Below, piece after piece: positions 51,255 to 60,539 of a DNA stretch of 64,000 nt. Made by a program: the position numbers and the translations under genes. How positions within the stretch are numbered: position 1 is the stretch's first letter; every line of letters begins with the position of its first letter. Source of the DNA: Vicinamibacteria bacterium. Lineage in GTDB: Bacteria; Acidobacteriota; Vicinamibacteria; Marinacidobacterales; Marinacidobacteraceae. Where the stretch lies: NCBI GenBank assembly GCA_965232015.1, contig OZ246946.1, forward strand, positions 3,564,630 to 3,628,629. Reading direction: 5' to 3'. A model generated the notes under the pieces. The model had not been told where the DNA came from. It searched no databases and was given only the letters and a program-made list of their open reading frames with translations.

Positions 51255-51271
51255 TAAGTCGTTGGTATAAT
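51255..51271 (+). promoter_or_regulatory. Extended -10 (TGGTATAAT) with overlapping IHF-like site for IS1182 tnp
   Basis: TAAGTCGTTGGTATAAT about 60 bp upstream of the tnp ATG. Confidence 0.55.
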
Positions 51272-51333
51272 ACTGTGTTATGAGACGCAGTACGCCCGCC
51301 GCGAAGGACGGCGGCGCGAGGAGGGGATGGAAG

Positions 51334-52656
51334 ATGGCGACCCGATTCCGGCCATATGAACCGGACCAGATGGCGCTGATGCCGGCGAAGCCCAGCGACT
51401 GGCTTCCCGCGGACCACCTGGCCCATCACGTCCGTGACATCGTGGACCATCTCGACCTGGAGCCGTTCTACGCGCCGTATACGGGCGACGGGCGGCGGAA
51501 CTCTCCGTACTCGCCGAAGATGATGGTGACGATCCTGATCTATGGCTACGCGACGGGGGTGCGTTCCTCGCGGAAGATCGCGCAGAGGCTTCACGAGGAT
51601 GTGGCGTTCCGGATGCTGGCGGCGAAGAACTTCCCGGCGCATCGGACGATCTGCGCGTTCCGGAAGCGGCACCTGTCGGACTTTCGGCACCTGTTTCTGG
51701 AGGTGGTCCGGATCGCGCGGGAGATGGGGCTGGTTCGGTTCGGGACGCTGTCGATAGACGGGACGAAGGTGCGAGCGAACGCGAGCAAGCGGAAGGCGAT
51801 GAGTTACGGGCGGATGGTCCAGGAGGAGGCGCGGCTGAAGGAGGAGATCGCGGAGCTGTTGGCGGCGGCGGAGCGGGCCGATGCGGAGGAGGACGAGCGG
51901 CTGGGTGAGGAGGTGCGAGGCGACGAGTTGCCGGCGGAGTTGGCCCGGAGGGAGGAGCGCCTGGAGGCGATCCGGGCGGCGCAGGCGCGGCTGGAAGCGG
52001 CGGCGCGGGAGAGGGACGACGCCCGGAACCGCAAGCCGGGTCAGGATCGGCCAGCGCGGGGAGGACAGCCGTACAAGCTGAAGTATGGGGAGCCGGACCG
52101 GCGAGCGCAGAGCAACTTCACGGACCCGGAGAGCCGGATCATGAGGACGAGCACGGAGGGGTACCAGCAGTGCTACAACGCGCAGACGGCGGTGGATGAC
52201 GAGAACCAGCTCGTGGTGGGCGCATCGGTGACGGATAGCGCCAGCGACCAGGGGGAGCTGACGGCCCGGCTGGACGAGGTGGAGGCTGACTTCGGTGAGA
52301 AGCCGGAGGAGGTTCTGGCGGATGCGGGGTACAACGGTGAGGAGGAGCTCGCGGAGCTGGAGAGGCGGGGCGTCACCGGGTATGTGGCGCTGGGTCGGGA
52401 GGGGAAGAAGCAGGGTGAGGTGGACGCGGAGAAGCGGCCGGCGGCGGCTCGGATGAAGAAGCAGCTGGCGACGCCGGAGGGGCGGGCGCGATATGCGAGA
52501 CGGAAGTGGCTGTCGGAGGCGCCGAACGGGTGGATCAAGGAGGTGCTCGGGTTTCGCCGATTCAGCTTCCGGGGGCTGGCGCAGGTTCGAGCCGAGTGGG
52601 ACCTTGTGTGCTTGGCGGTGAACATCAAGAGGATCGGTGCGCTCCGAGCCGGCTGA
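51334..52656 (+). CDS. IS1182-family transposase
   Basis: WLPADHLA, YGYATGVRSSRKI, IDGTKVRANAS, TDPESRIM, LADAGY, FSFRGL. Confidence 0.93.
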   Translation: MATRFRPYEPDQMALMPAKPSDWLPADHLAHHVRDIVDHLDLEPFYAPYTGDGRRNSPYSPKMMVTILIYGYATGVRSSRKIAQRLHEDVAFRMLAAKNFPAHRTICAFRKRHLSDFRHLFLEVVRIAREMGLVRFGTLSIDGTKVRANASKRKAMSYGRMVQEEARLKEEIAELLAAAERADAEEDERLGEEVRGDELPAELARREERLEAIRAAQARLEAAARERDDARNRKPGQDRPARGGQPYKLKYGEPDRRAQSNFTDPESRIMRTSTEGYQQCYNAQTAVDDENQLVVGASVTDSASDQGELTARLDEVEADFGEKPEEVLADAGYNGEEELAELERRGVTGYVALGREGKKQGEVDAEKRPAAARMKKQLATPEGRARYARRKWLSEAPNGWIKEVLGFRRFSFRGLAQVRAEWDLVCLAVNIKRIGALRAG

Positions 52657-53286
52657 GTGCGCTCTCGGGGGCGGTTTTTCGGTGTGTACGGGCCAAAAAC
52701 GCCCCAAGAACGCCCTGTAGGGCGGGTTTCGGGTCCGGCAGCCTCGTCCCGGCGACTCAATCCGCCTATGATCGGGCTCTGCGTCCGGCTCCGACCACTA
52801 CGCGCCTGATGCGAGGACACTCCCGTGGCGCAGGCTCCTAGGTCCCCGGGCTTGGTGTAGTGGAGGATGGACGGAACGATCGCGAGGTGGGGCACTTTGG
52901 TGTGGTATCCGTGCGCCCGGTAGAGCGCGTCGGTCTTCCCCACACTCACATCCACCGCGAACGGCTCGCGGTGGTAGGGCTCGTCCGGGTCGTAGGGACG
53001 GCCGTAGTGCTCGACGAACTCCTCGAGGAACGGGTTGGGGCAGGCCGTGTACCAAGGCGGGTCCGAGAGTCGGAGGATGTCCTCATCGTCCCCCGTCGGG
53101 AAATCGGGTCGTTTCCGCAGCTCGGGCAGCAGCTCCCTGAGTCGGGTGAGATAGTGATCGCGGCGCGCGTCCTCGGAAGCGAAGGTCTGCCCGAGGCATT
53201 CCACCGGTTCCGTGCAAGAGAGTCCCGCGCCCGGTGCCTTCTTCGGTCGGGGCGCGTTCGGGAGCAGCGGTTTCGGGTGGCCTTTC

Positions 53287-55206
53287 TCAGCGGTCATCGT
53301 TTCCTGGAGGCGGAGGTGGCTCCGCGCGGAGCGCGGCTCCGGTATCGGTGAGGACGTAGCGCTGGTTGGCGGCGCGCGGTTTCTCGGGATTCGTCATTCG
53401 CAGGATGCCGGCGTCGAGCAGAGGCCCGATCTGAGTGCGGCGGAAGTGGGTGCGGTGGGATGCTCCTACGCGGGCGAGGAGTTCCGAGAGGCTCTGCGGC
53501 TCGTGGCAGGCGTTCACCACGGCCGTCTGCCACGGAGTGAGGGATGTCGCGGCGCTCGGCCGAGGGTCGCGCCTGTCCCGATCCCGTGGTTCCGACGAGT
53601 GACCAAGTTGACCTCTCTCTTCGTCGACTTGGTCACTGGAGTGACCAAGTGGACCCCGCTCTGTCTCGACTTGGTCACCCGTGGAGTGACCAAGTCCGCC
53701 CACCTGCTCCTCGACTTGGTCACTGGAAGTGTTTCTCCGCTCCTGGACCGCCTCCCGGAGCCGCTTCGAGGCGCGGAGGCGTCCCGCGCCGGCGGCAGCC
53801 AGCAGAGCCCGGTCAGCGAGTCCCTCGGTGGCGGCGGCCACTTCCCGGGAGGCGAGACCGGTGGCCGCTCGGATCTGCGACCCCGACACTTCACCCTGTG
53901 CGAGCGTGAGCGACAGGATTCGGGCCTCGGGTTCGGAGACTTCTCCCAGTCGCTGTCGGAATCTGGACCGGGCTACAGACAGCTCTTCCCGCGACAGGAC
54001 GAGCTCGAATCGCTTGCGCCGCCGGCTGTTTCGGATCCGCGGCGGCACACAGCCGATCTCTTGCCAGTTCCGGTACACATCGCGAAGGCCCCAGCCGGCG
54101 TTCTCCGAGAGTCCGATCCGGCGGAACGCCCGCACGATCTGCGGATTCCTCGCTTCCTTTTCGCCAGGTTCCATCAGGTCCGACAGGGGAGCGAAGGCGT
54201 CCCCCGGATTCCGGAAGGCCGTCCGGTGCGGATCGTGGAGGATCTCGGCGCTGCGTCCGTGATCCGCATAGTCCTGGTGCATGAGCAGATTGACCATGGC
54301 CTCGCGCACGGCGGAAAAGTCCGGTGGCGTGTCGTCTCGCTGGAACGTCGCCGGGTTCAGCCGGAACGGGTGCTCGGCGATCCGGGGATACCAGACTTCG
54401 AGCAGAGCCCGCCACGTCCGCACCAGGTTGTCCTCCAGCACCACGCGATCGAACCATCGCTCTCCGTTTGCCACACGCTCCCGAGGCCCGGCGAATCGCT
54501 GGCAGTCCACCACCGGGCGCGGCAGGGATTGCGCGAACGCCCGATCGGACCCGAACAAGAGGATGGCCGCCCGCGTCGGCTTCCGGGCGCTTCTCTCCTC
54601 TCGCAGAAGTCCCATCACGCTGAGGAAGTCCCGATCGTCGAGAGCGCGGTAGGAGCGGTTGCCCGGTCGGGCCTCGTAGGCCGCCCGGTACCAGCGAAGG
54701 CTGTCTGCATCCACAGCCCACTCGAGGTTGAAGTCCACCGGCTGGCTGTCGTAGCGGTCGGCTGCCGCGTCCACCAGGAAACGATCGCGCTCCCGGTCGG
54801 TCAGACGAAGGTCGCTTCCCCCGCTCCGCACGAACGCGCGCCGAATGTCTCCGTCGATGAACACCGGCTTCTCGGACCGGTGTGCTTCCGGGATGTGGAA
54901 GGCAAGGACGGCTGCACCCTCGTGGTGCAGGAGGTGCTCCCGGACGGGGATCAGAGCCGAAATCTTGTTCCGCTGGCGGAGCGTGCTCAGAAAGTCCGAC
55001 TGCACCTTGTCCAAATCGAGGACTCCGACGACCGCGAATCCCCTGGCGCTCTCCTGAACGCCGAACACGAGATGGCCGCCGTCGGTGTTGGCGAACGCCG
55101 AGACGGTCTCGTAGGCGGTGCGGGGGACGGCGCGTCGGGCCGACTTGAACTCGACATCGCGCCATTCCGGCGAGCCGAGTCGCTCGACAAGCTCGTCGTG
55201 CGTCAT
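53287..55206 (-). CDS. AlbA_2/Schlafen-domain + HATPase_c_4 (RecG-C-like) + wHTH protein
   Basis: EWRDVEFKSA, TVSAFANTDGG.LVFGV, AVREAMVNLLMHQDY, RNPQI, ENAGWG; C-terminal PEKPRAANQRY. Confidence 0.85.
   Translation of the reverse strand: MTHDELVERLGSPEWRDVEFKSARRAVPRTAYETVSAFANTDGGHLVFGVQESARGFAVVGVLDLDKVQSDFLSTLRQRNKISALIPVREHLLHHEGAAVLAFHIPEAHRSEKPVFIDGDIRRAFVRSGGSDLRLTDRERDRFLVDAAADRYDSQPVDFNLEWAVDADSLRWYRAAYEARPGNRSYRALDDRDFLSVMGLLREERSARKPTRAAILLFGSDRAFAQSLPRPVVDCQRFAGPRERVANGERWFDRVVLEDNLVRTWRALLEVWYPRIAEHPFRLNPATFQRDDTPPDFSAVREAMVNLLMHQDYADHGRSAEILHDPHRTAFRNPGDAFAPLSDLMEPGEKEARNPQIVRAFRRIGLSENAGWGLRDVYRNWQEIGCVPPRIRNSRRRKRFELVLSREELSVARSRFRQRLGEVSEPEARILSLTLAQGEVSGSQIRAATGLASREVAAATEGLADRALLAAAGAGRLRASKRLREAVQERRNTSSDQVEEQVGGLGHSTGDQVETERGPLGHSSDQVDEERGQLGHSSEPRDRDRRDPRPSAATSLTPWQTAVVNACHEPQSLSELLARVGASHRTHFRRTQIGPLLDAGILRMTNPEKPRAANQRYVLTDTGAALRAEPPPPPGNDDR
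53599..53727. repeat. Three in-frame units GTGACCAAGT-N18-ACTTGGTCAC
   Basis: 10-bp perfect inverted arms at 53599/53627, 53641/53669, 53686/53714; different 18-nt middles. Confidence 0.9.
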
Positions 55207-55210
55207 TCGC

Positions 55211-58200
55211 TCACTTCCGCACGATGCGGACTCGCGCCATATCCCTGCCGCGAGTGATCTCTTCCAGAAAGTCTTCGAGTCGTCTCCTGAGCTCGGCTGG
55301 CGTAGCAGGCCCTCCCTCGCGGAGCAGGCTCCTCGCGAGAGCCTTGTCTTCGACCTCCACTTTCTCGAGGCGCGACAGGGCGGCGGCTACGGCAGCGAGG
55401 GTTGGCGCGTCCACGCTGGCCGACAGCCGGGTTTGGTCACTCAGAGTCGAGCGGAACTTCTCGATCAGCGCCTGCTGGACCGCGGGCAGGAGCGCGCAGG
55501 TCTCTCTGGTCGCGTCGTCGTCCAGGTTGGTCCGCAGCGTGTCGGCCCAGCCCTGCTCCAAGCGGTCCAGATCTCGTGCCAGACGATTCAGAGCAGCGCT
55601 AGCCGAAGCGCCGGAGGCCGCAGTCGGGCGGAACCCGCAGGGGCAGATCGGTTCGCGGGAAAGCTCCGCGTCAGACGGGCCAGGGCACGCGGGGAGCCCC
55701 TGGACCTCCGCCTCGAAGGTCCGGATCTGCTGCTTCGGAAGGAGTGAGATCTCCTTGGTATAGCGCCCAAGAGTGCGCACACGAAGGTCCTGGAGGAGAC
55801 GCCGGCGACGCGCGTCGTCGCTCGGACCGAGTCGAGCCCGCTGGTGGCTCGCGATGTAAACGCTCCGGGACTTCTCCGCCCATTTCGTGAGACGCGCTTC
55901 GATCGTCGCCAGAAACCCCGAAGCTTCCCGGGTCTCGCGGCGGCGCAGGCTGGCAAGCACGTCGTCTCGTACGTTCCGGATGGACTTGGCCACATGGTGG
56001 TCCGCCGGTAGCGCAGCTTCCGCCCGGGACAGGTATTGGGTCGGGCCGTGGAGCCGGGATACCAGCCTCTGGAGGCCTTCGACCTCATCGAGCGCCACGA
56101 GCCCGTCGCGACGCTGCTCCACCGCCTCGACCGAGTGGCGGAAGTTCTTGAACTTGGCCGGAGTGTCCAGCACTTGAACCGATTCGATGAACTGCCTCGT
56201 CTTCGTGATCCGCTCCCGCAGTTCGTCGGTCTCCTTGGAGGAGTCGAGAACGTCCTTTCCCCACAGCGTGATGCCCTGACGGAGCTCCCCGACCCCGGCC
56301 GCGAGCCGCTCCACGAACCCGGAAGCCGCCTGTTGGAAGCGCTGGACAGCTTCCGCCTTTCCCCGCGTGAGTTGCTTCGCCACCCCGGAAGGCAGACCCA
56401 CGAGCTCGAACAGCGCCGTGATGGCAGGGAGGTTCCAGTCCTTTGGGGGCACGATGTAGCGAAACGCGATGAGATCGGGTAGCGGCGTTGTGGCGAGAGC
56501 GGTCAGACTGAGCGCATCGAACTTCCGGTTCGAAAGCGAAAGCAGGATGTGGCCCGAGTGGACCAGCGCCGCGAGTACCACGACGACCCACTCGGGCTCG
56601 AGTCTCCGGTTGGCCGGGTCCAGATACTCCACGCCATCGGCTGTCTCGGTGATCAGCTCTTCGCGGCGAACGACCTGTCCAGCCTTTCTTGCCGCCAGCG
56701 CATCCAGAATGAACCGGGCATATCGCGACTTGTCGGGGCGGATCGTCTCACCGTCGAGCAGTTCGAGTCCCTTGAGCACCGCCTGGGGCTCGTGCGCCGG
56801 CCGCTGGCCTGCGATCATCGCGAGCGCTCCGCGCGCCGCCTGCTCGCGCCTCTGTCGAGTGATGAGCACGCCGAAGCTCGGATACTCCGGCGCGGTGTCT
56901 CGGAAGCGTGACTCGAGGCAGATCTCGGAGATGCCGTCCACGACGGCGCGGAAGGACATCCGGCGGTGCGGGTTCGCTCCAGTGCGCTGGCGGAGCTGTT
57001 GACCCCTGAGCCAGGTCTTGACTTTCCGGTTCCGCCCTTCGTGCGTCACCCGAAACGCTCCGAACATCTGTTCGCGAAGCAGTTCAGTGAGCGCCCCGAG
57101 CGACTCCTGGGCCTTGTTGCCGTAGATGGCCTTGTGGGCGCCCGCGGACTGCTTCGCCAGCGCGTTGGCCGCGGCGAATCGGGTCAGCGTCGTGCGGAAC
57201 CCGTCGCCCGCCGGCCCGAAGCGGAAGAACACTTCGTCGGCCTTCTGTTCATCGCGGAAGCGCGGAGGTCCGAAGGGTTGCAGGAAATACACGTAGAAGT
57301 CGCGCGGCGGCGCAGCCGTGGATCGCTCGTTCGGGGCGCCGAAGAACAGGTAGCCGGGTCGAGTGGTATTCCGCTCACGCCAGACCAGGTCGTGCTCCCA
57401 TATCTGGAAACCAGTGACGTAGGGCTGGTCCTCGGAGACGTCCATGAGCCCCAGGAGCGCCCGGTAGTAGGCGCGGTCGAGGTGCTCATCGTCCAGCGTT
57501 TCCGCCCGCGCTTCGATCCGGGCGTCGAAGTCATGAGTCTTCCCGATGTCGAGGTAGTACTGCCCGTTTCGAGAGTTCTCGGTGATGAACTGACCGCTGA
57601 CGGTGCGGTGGATCTCCCGGAGCACCGTCTGGACCATGGCGAGCAGGTCTTCGGCTGGTTCGTTTCCCATGTCCTCGACTCCGGGCTGGTAGAGACACAG
57701 GCTGTCCCGGAGTTCGGAGGCGGTCGCGCCGATAGGCGAGTGGATGTCGCCGGTTGTGAGACGGTGGACCGAGAGCGCGCGGATCACTCGAATCGCCATT
57801 GGGCGGTACGGCGGGCGGGTGTAGGCGTTCCGGACTCGCGACTCGAGCACTTCGCTGCAATCGATGATCTCCCGGATATCGGGCAGGGTCCGGAAGGCGG
57901 GATTCGCGCGGAGCGTGCTCCAGTAGCTGTCGTAAGCGATAAGCCCGGGCTCGCTCTCCGGCACTTCCTCGTCGATCATCCCATCCATCGCGAGCGAGAG
58001 CGTCTTCAGGATCTCCCGCTTCTCCACGGCCGCGACGCGCTCGAAGGTGGCGATGTAGTCGGGATGAACCGGGAACAGGCTCACGTACTCGTCGAGCCGT
58101 TCCCCCAGACGACCGTAGAGGCGGGTGAAGCGCTTGAGGTGGACGCGGATTCGTGCCCGCTGGTCCGGCGTTTTGCGGAGCAGGCGCTCCGCGACCACGA

Positions 58201-58957
58201 ACTGCACGTCGGTCCGTGCGATGAGGACCTGCTCGAAGCGGTCCTTGACGCGACGCACCGAGTCGGCGACGTACGAGAACCGCTGGCTGTCGAAGATCGC
58301 TTCCTGGACGCCGGCGATGAAACGAAGCCGCAGCGAGGTGCAGGACTCTCCCAGCTCGCGCAGGAAGTTGAGGTCGAGGATGAGCTGCTGGTCGCGTCGA
58401 GAACGGAGGAAGTCGAGCAGCTCGTCCACAACCAGCAGCAGCCCGTGGTCCGGGTAGCGCCCGTGGAAGGCGCTCATCATCTCCTCGAAACACCGCTTGT
58501 TGCTGGAGACCTGATCGGCCCCAGGGAAGCGGTACTGGATCCCGAGCTCCACTAGCCGCGCCTCGAGTTCGCGCGTGAGGATCTCGCGGAGCGGCATTTC
58601 CGTGGAGCCGATCTCGGTTCGGACGACATGGAACCGGCCCGCGACCTGTGCTGCTGCTTCCCGGACGTCGGTCCGGGTGACAGCAGCGTAGAGATCCTCT
58701 CGCTCGGCGATGGCGGAGATCACGGCCATAAGGTGGGACTTGCCGGTGCCGTAGTTCCCGACGACGAGCAGGCCCTTGTTGTCGGACGGAGAAGTGAACT
58801 GGAGCTGCGGGATGACCAGGTGGATCAGCCGCTCCGCCAGGTCCCGGGAGATGACGAACGACTCGACGAGCTGGCGGGCGTGGTCCGAGTCGCTCGCGTC
58901 GCGGAGCTGCACGACCGTCTCGATGGGGTCAAACTGGATGAGGTCGCCGTATTTCAT
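55211..58957 (-). CDS. brxC: BREX-3 BrxC/PglY-like ATPase (DUF6079 type)
   Basis: MKYGDLIQFDPIETVVQL, GNYGTGKSHLM (Walker A), LLVVDELLDFL (Walker B), FPVHP. Confidence 0.88.
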   Translation of the reverse strand: MKYGDLIQFDPIETVVQLRDASDSDHARQLVESFVISRDLAERLIHLVIPQLQFTSPSDNKGLLVVGNYGTGKSHLMAVISAIAEREDLYAAVTRTDVREAAAQVAGRFHVVRTEIGSTEMPLREILTRELEARLVELGIQYRFPGADQVSSNKRCFEEMMSAFHGRYPDHGLLLVVDELLDFLRSRRDQQLILDLNFLRELGESCTSLRLRFIAGVQEAIFDSQRFSYVADSVRRVKDRFEQVLIARTDVQFVVAERLLRKTPDQRARIRVHLKRFTRLYGRLGERLDEYVSLFPVHPDYIATFERVAAVEKREILKTLSLAMDGMIDEEVPESEPGLIAYDSYWSTLRANPAFRTLPDIREIIDCSEVLESRVRNAYTRPPYRPMAIRVIRALSVHRLTTGDIHSPIGATASELRDSLCLYQPGVEDMGNEPAEDLLAMVQTVLREIHRTVSGQFITENSRNGQYYLDIGKTHDFDARIEARAETLDDEHLDRAYYRALLGLMDVSEDQPYVTGFQIWEHDLVWRERNTTRPGYLFFGAPNERSTAAPPRDFYVYFLQPFGPPRFRDEQKADEVFFRFGPAGDGFRTTLTRFAAANALAKQSAGAHKAIYGNKAQESLGALTELLREQMFGAFRVTHEGRNRKVKTWLRGQQLRQRTGANPHRRMSFRAVVDGISEICLESRFRDTAPEYPSFGVLITRQRREQAARGALAMIAGQRPAHEPQAVLKGLELLDGETIRPDKSRYARFILDALAARKAGQVVRREELITETADGVEYLDPANRRLEPEWVVVVLAALVHSGHILLSLSNRKFDALSLTALATTPLPDLIAFRYIVPPKDWNLPAITALFELVGLPSGVAKQLTRGKAEAVQRFQQAASGFVERLAAGVGELRQGITLWGKDVLDSSKETDELRERITKTRQFIESVQVLDTPAKFKNFRHSVEAVEQRRDGLVALDEVEGLQRLVSRLHGPTQYLSRAEAALPADHHVAKSIRNVRDDVLASLRRRETREASGFLATIEARLTKWAEKSRSVYIASHQRARLGPSDDARRRRLLQDLRVRTLGRYTKEISLLPKQQIRTFEAEVQGLPACPGPSDAELSREPICPCGFRPTAASGASASAALNRLARDLDRLEQGWADTLRTNLDDDATRETCALLPAVQQALIEKFRSTLSDQTRLSASVDAPTLAAVAAALSRLEKVEVEDKALARSLLREGGPATPAELRRRLEDFLEEITRGRDMARVRIVRK

Positions 58958-59484
58958 CGCGTGTGGCTTTTGGGGGACGGGTCGAGGAGCACGTGCTGGA
59001 TCACGCACGCCGGCCACGTCCGGTATTCCGGGTGTCCCGGCGCGGCGTAGCGAATGGTGTTGCCCCGGATGGACCCCGGCCAGGTCGCCACGACCGGCCG
59101 GTCGCGGGCCAGGGAGCGGAGGAGTTCCAGAGGGTTCTGCCTCAGGTCCGCCGAGGACAGGATCTCGATGTTGTCGAGCAGAACGGGCTCAGGTGTCTTC
59201 CCTGAACGACCGAGAGCGGTCTGGCGAAAAAGCTGCGACACGCGCAGTGGTCGCTCTCGCGGGCTGAGTTCGAGGAGCCGGCGTGACATCTCCAGGCCGA
59301 GGTTGACGACTTGGGCGCCTGTCCGGTCCGCGACTTCGTGGAGGCACAGCGTCTTGCCCGCGCTCCGGCCGCCCACGATCAGCATGAGCTGGTGGCGGAG
59401 CTGCCGCAAGTGAGGCAGCCGACCAACGACCTCGTCAGCGGCCGTGGAGGCGCGGGCACGAGCAGTATCGGAGAGCAGTTGCAC
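58954..59484 (-). CDS. brxF: BREX-3 P-loop protein BrxF
   Basis: GRSAGKT, VNLGLEMSRRL, LLDNIEIL, NPLELL, YAAPGHPEY. Confidence 0.85.
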   Translation of the reverse strand: MQLLSDTARARASTAADEVVGRLPHLRQLRHQLMLIVGGRSAGKTLCLHEVADRTGAQVVNLGLEMSRRLLELSPRERPLRVSQLFRQTALGRSGKTPEPVLLDNIEILSSADLRQNPLELLRSLARDRPVVATWPGSIRGNTIRYAAPGHPEYRTWPACVIQHVLLDPSPKSHTR

Positions 59485-59606
59485 AGGGTCGGAGGCGCAT
59501 TATCCCCCGGACCGGCGGCCGTGGGACCGGAGGACCGGACGCTCCGCGTCACATCCGAACCCCCGGCGGTGGGGCCATGCCGGAGCCGAGTGCACCCGCC
59601 GGTATC

Positions 59607-59631
59607 GGGCGCCGGTCTCCAGACCGGCGCC
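59607..59631. repeat. REP-like hairpin variant at the BREX island right edge
   Basis: GGCGCCGGTCT-CC-AGACCGGCGCC. Confidence 0.6.
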
Positions 59632-59666
59632 TCGGTGTCGAGGGCGCCTCCGGAACGCAGCCGGCG

Positions 59667-60443
59667 CTATCCGCGGACTTCGGCGAGGAGTTCGAGCACC
59701 TCGTCGTGGAGGGCGCCGTTCGTACTCAGGGCGTTGGGGCCGTGGATCGTTCGGTTGCCGTCCCAGTCGGTGAACCGGCCGCCCGCCTCCTCGAGGATCG
59801 GCAGGAAAGGACTCGAGTCCCACGCCTTCATCTCCGGATCGAGGGCGATCTCGGAACGGCCGGTGCAGACGAGCGAGTGGCCGAAGGCGTCGCCCCAGGT
59901 GCGGCGGACCGCGCCCCGGGCGCCGACGGCGTCCCAGATCGGGCCGATGGTCGCCGGGTCGGTCGTGGTGGCGAGCGCGTTGGCGATGTTCGTCACCTTC
60001 GACACTCGGGCCGGGCGTCCGTTCCAGAACGCGCCCACATCCCGGGCGCCCGAGACCATCTCGCCCACTCCGGCGAGGTTGGAGACTCCGACGACGGCCT
60101 CGCCGGAGATTTCGAGCCCGATCAGCACCCCGAACAGCGGGACCCCGTGGATGAACGAGGTCGTGCCGTCGATCGGGTCGAGGATCCAGCGGTGCGTGGG
60201 ATCGGAACCGGACTCCCCGTCCTCCTCGCCGAGGACGCGGTGGCCGGGGAACTTCGCCTCGATGCGCTTGCGAAGCAATCGCTCGCAGGCGACGTCGGCT
60301 TCGGTCACCGGGGTGCGGTCGGGCTTGGTGGTGACTCCCACGCCGACCTGGAAGTGACGCATCACGAGGCGTCCGGCCTCCCAGGCGATCTCGGTGGCGA
60401 AGTCGAGGAGTTCCCGGTTGCTCGCCGGGTGTCGGTCGGTCAC
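59667..60443 (-). CDS. Inositol monophosphatase family protein (HisN-like)
   Basis: KPDRTPVTEAD, GEE, WILDPIDGT, WD..P..EAGG; GTG start inferred. Confidence 0.9.
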   Translation of the reverse strand: MTDRHPASNRELLDFATEIAWEAGRLVMRHFQVGVGVTTKPDRTPVTEADVACERLLRKRIEAKFPGHRVLGEEDGESGSDPTHRWILDPIDGTTSFIHGVPLFGVLIGLEISGEAVVGVSNLAGVGEMVSGARDVGAFWNGRPARVSKVTNIANALATTTDPATIGPIWDAVGARGAVRRTWGDAFGHSLVCTGRSEIALDPEMKAWDSSPFLPILEEAGGRFTDWDGNRTIHGPNALSTNGALHDEVLELLAEVRG

Positions 60444-60539
60444 GAAAAGCCTCCTTTGGGGGAATCGCGGCGACGGGCCGCGTTCGGCTGCGACGGCGCG
60501 AACTATGCCATCCGCAGCCAGCTCTGCCGGCGCGCCGGA

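Larger units (their letters stand above)
51167..52837 (+). mobile_element. IS1182-family insertion sequence with CTAG target duplication
   Basis: IR GAGCCTGCGCC (51167-51177) / GGCGCAGGCTC (52827-52837); CTAG at 51163-51166 and 52838-52841. Confidence 0.93.
48767..53297 (-). pseudogene. pglX: BREX-3 DNA methyltransferase (PglXI-like) split by IS1182
   Basis: 5' part 53297-52838 (SDPPWYTACPNP, YHTKVP, YTKPGD); 3' part 51166-48767 (VLDGFCGSGMTG, FTDPPFG, LKPGRWMTVVFHNS); IS removal restores the frame. Confidence 0.9.

Noticed and set aside
52173-52837. C-terminal part of the 374-aa ORF 52173-53297 as a real domain
   Set aside because: It is read-through of the methylase N-terminus into the IS1182 antisense strand.
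53599-53727. CRISPR array
   Set aside because: Only three units, variable parts about 16-18 nt, in frame inside a CDS, and no cas genes; kept as a palindromic repeat finding instead.
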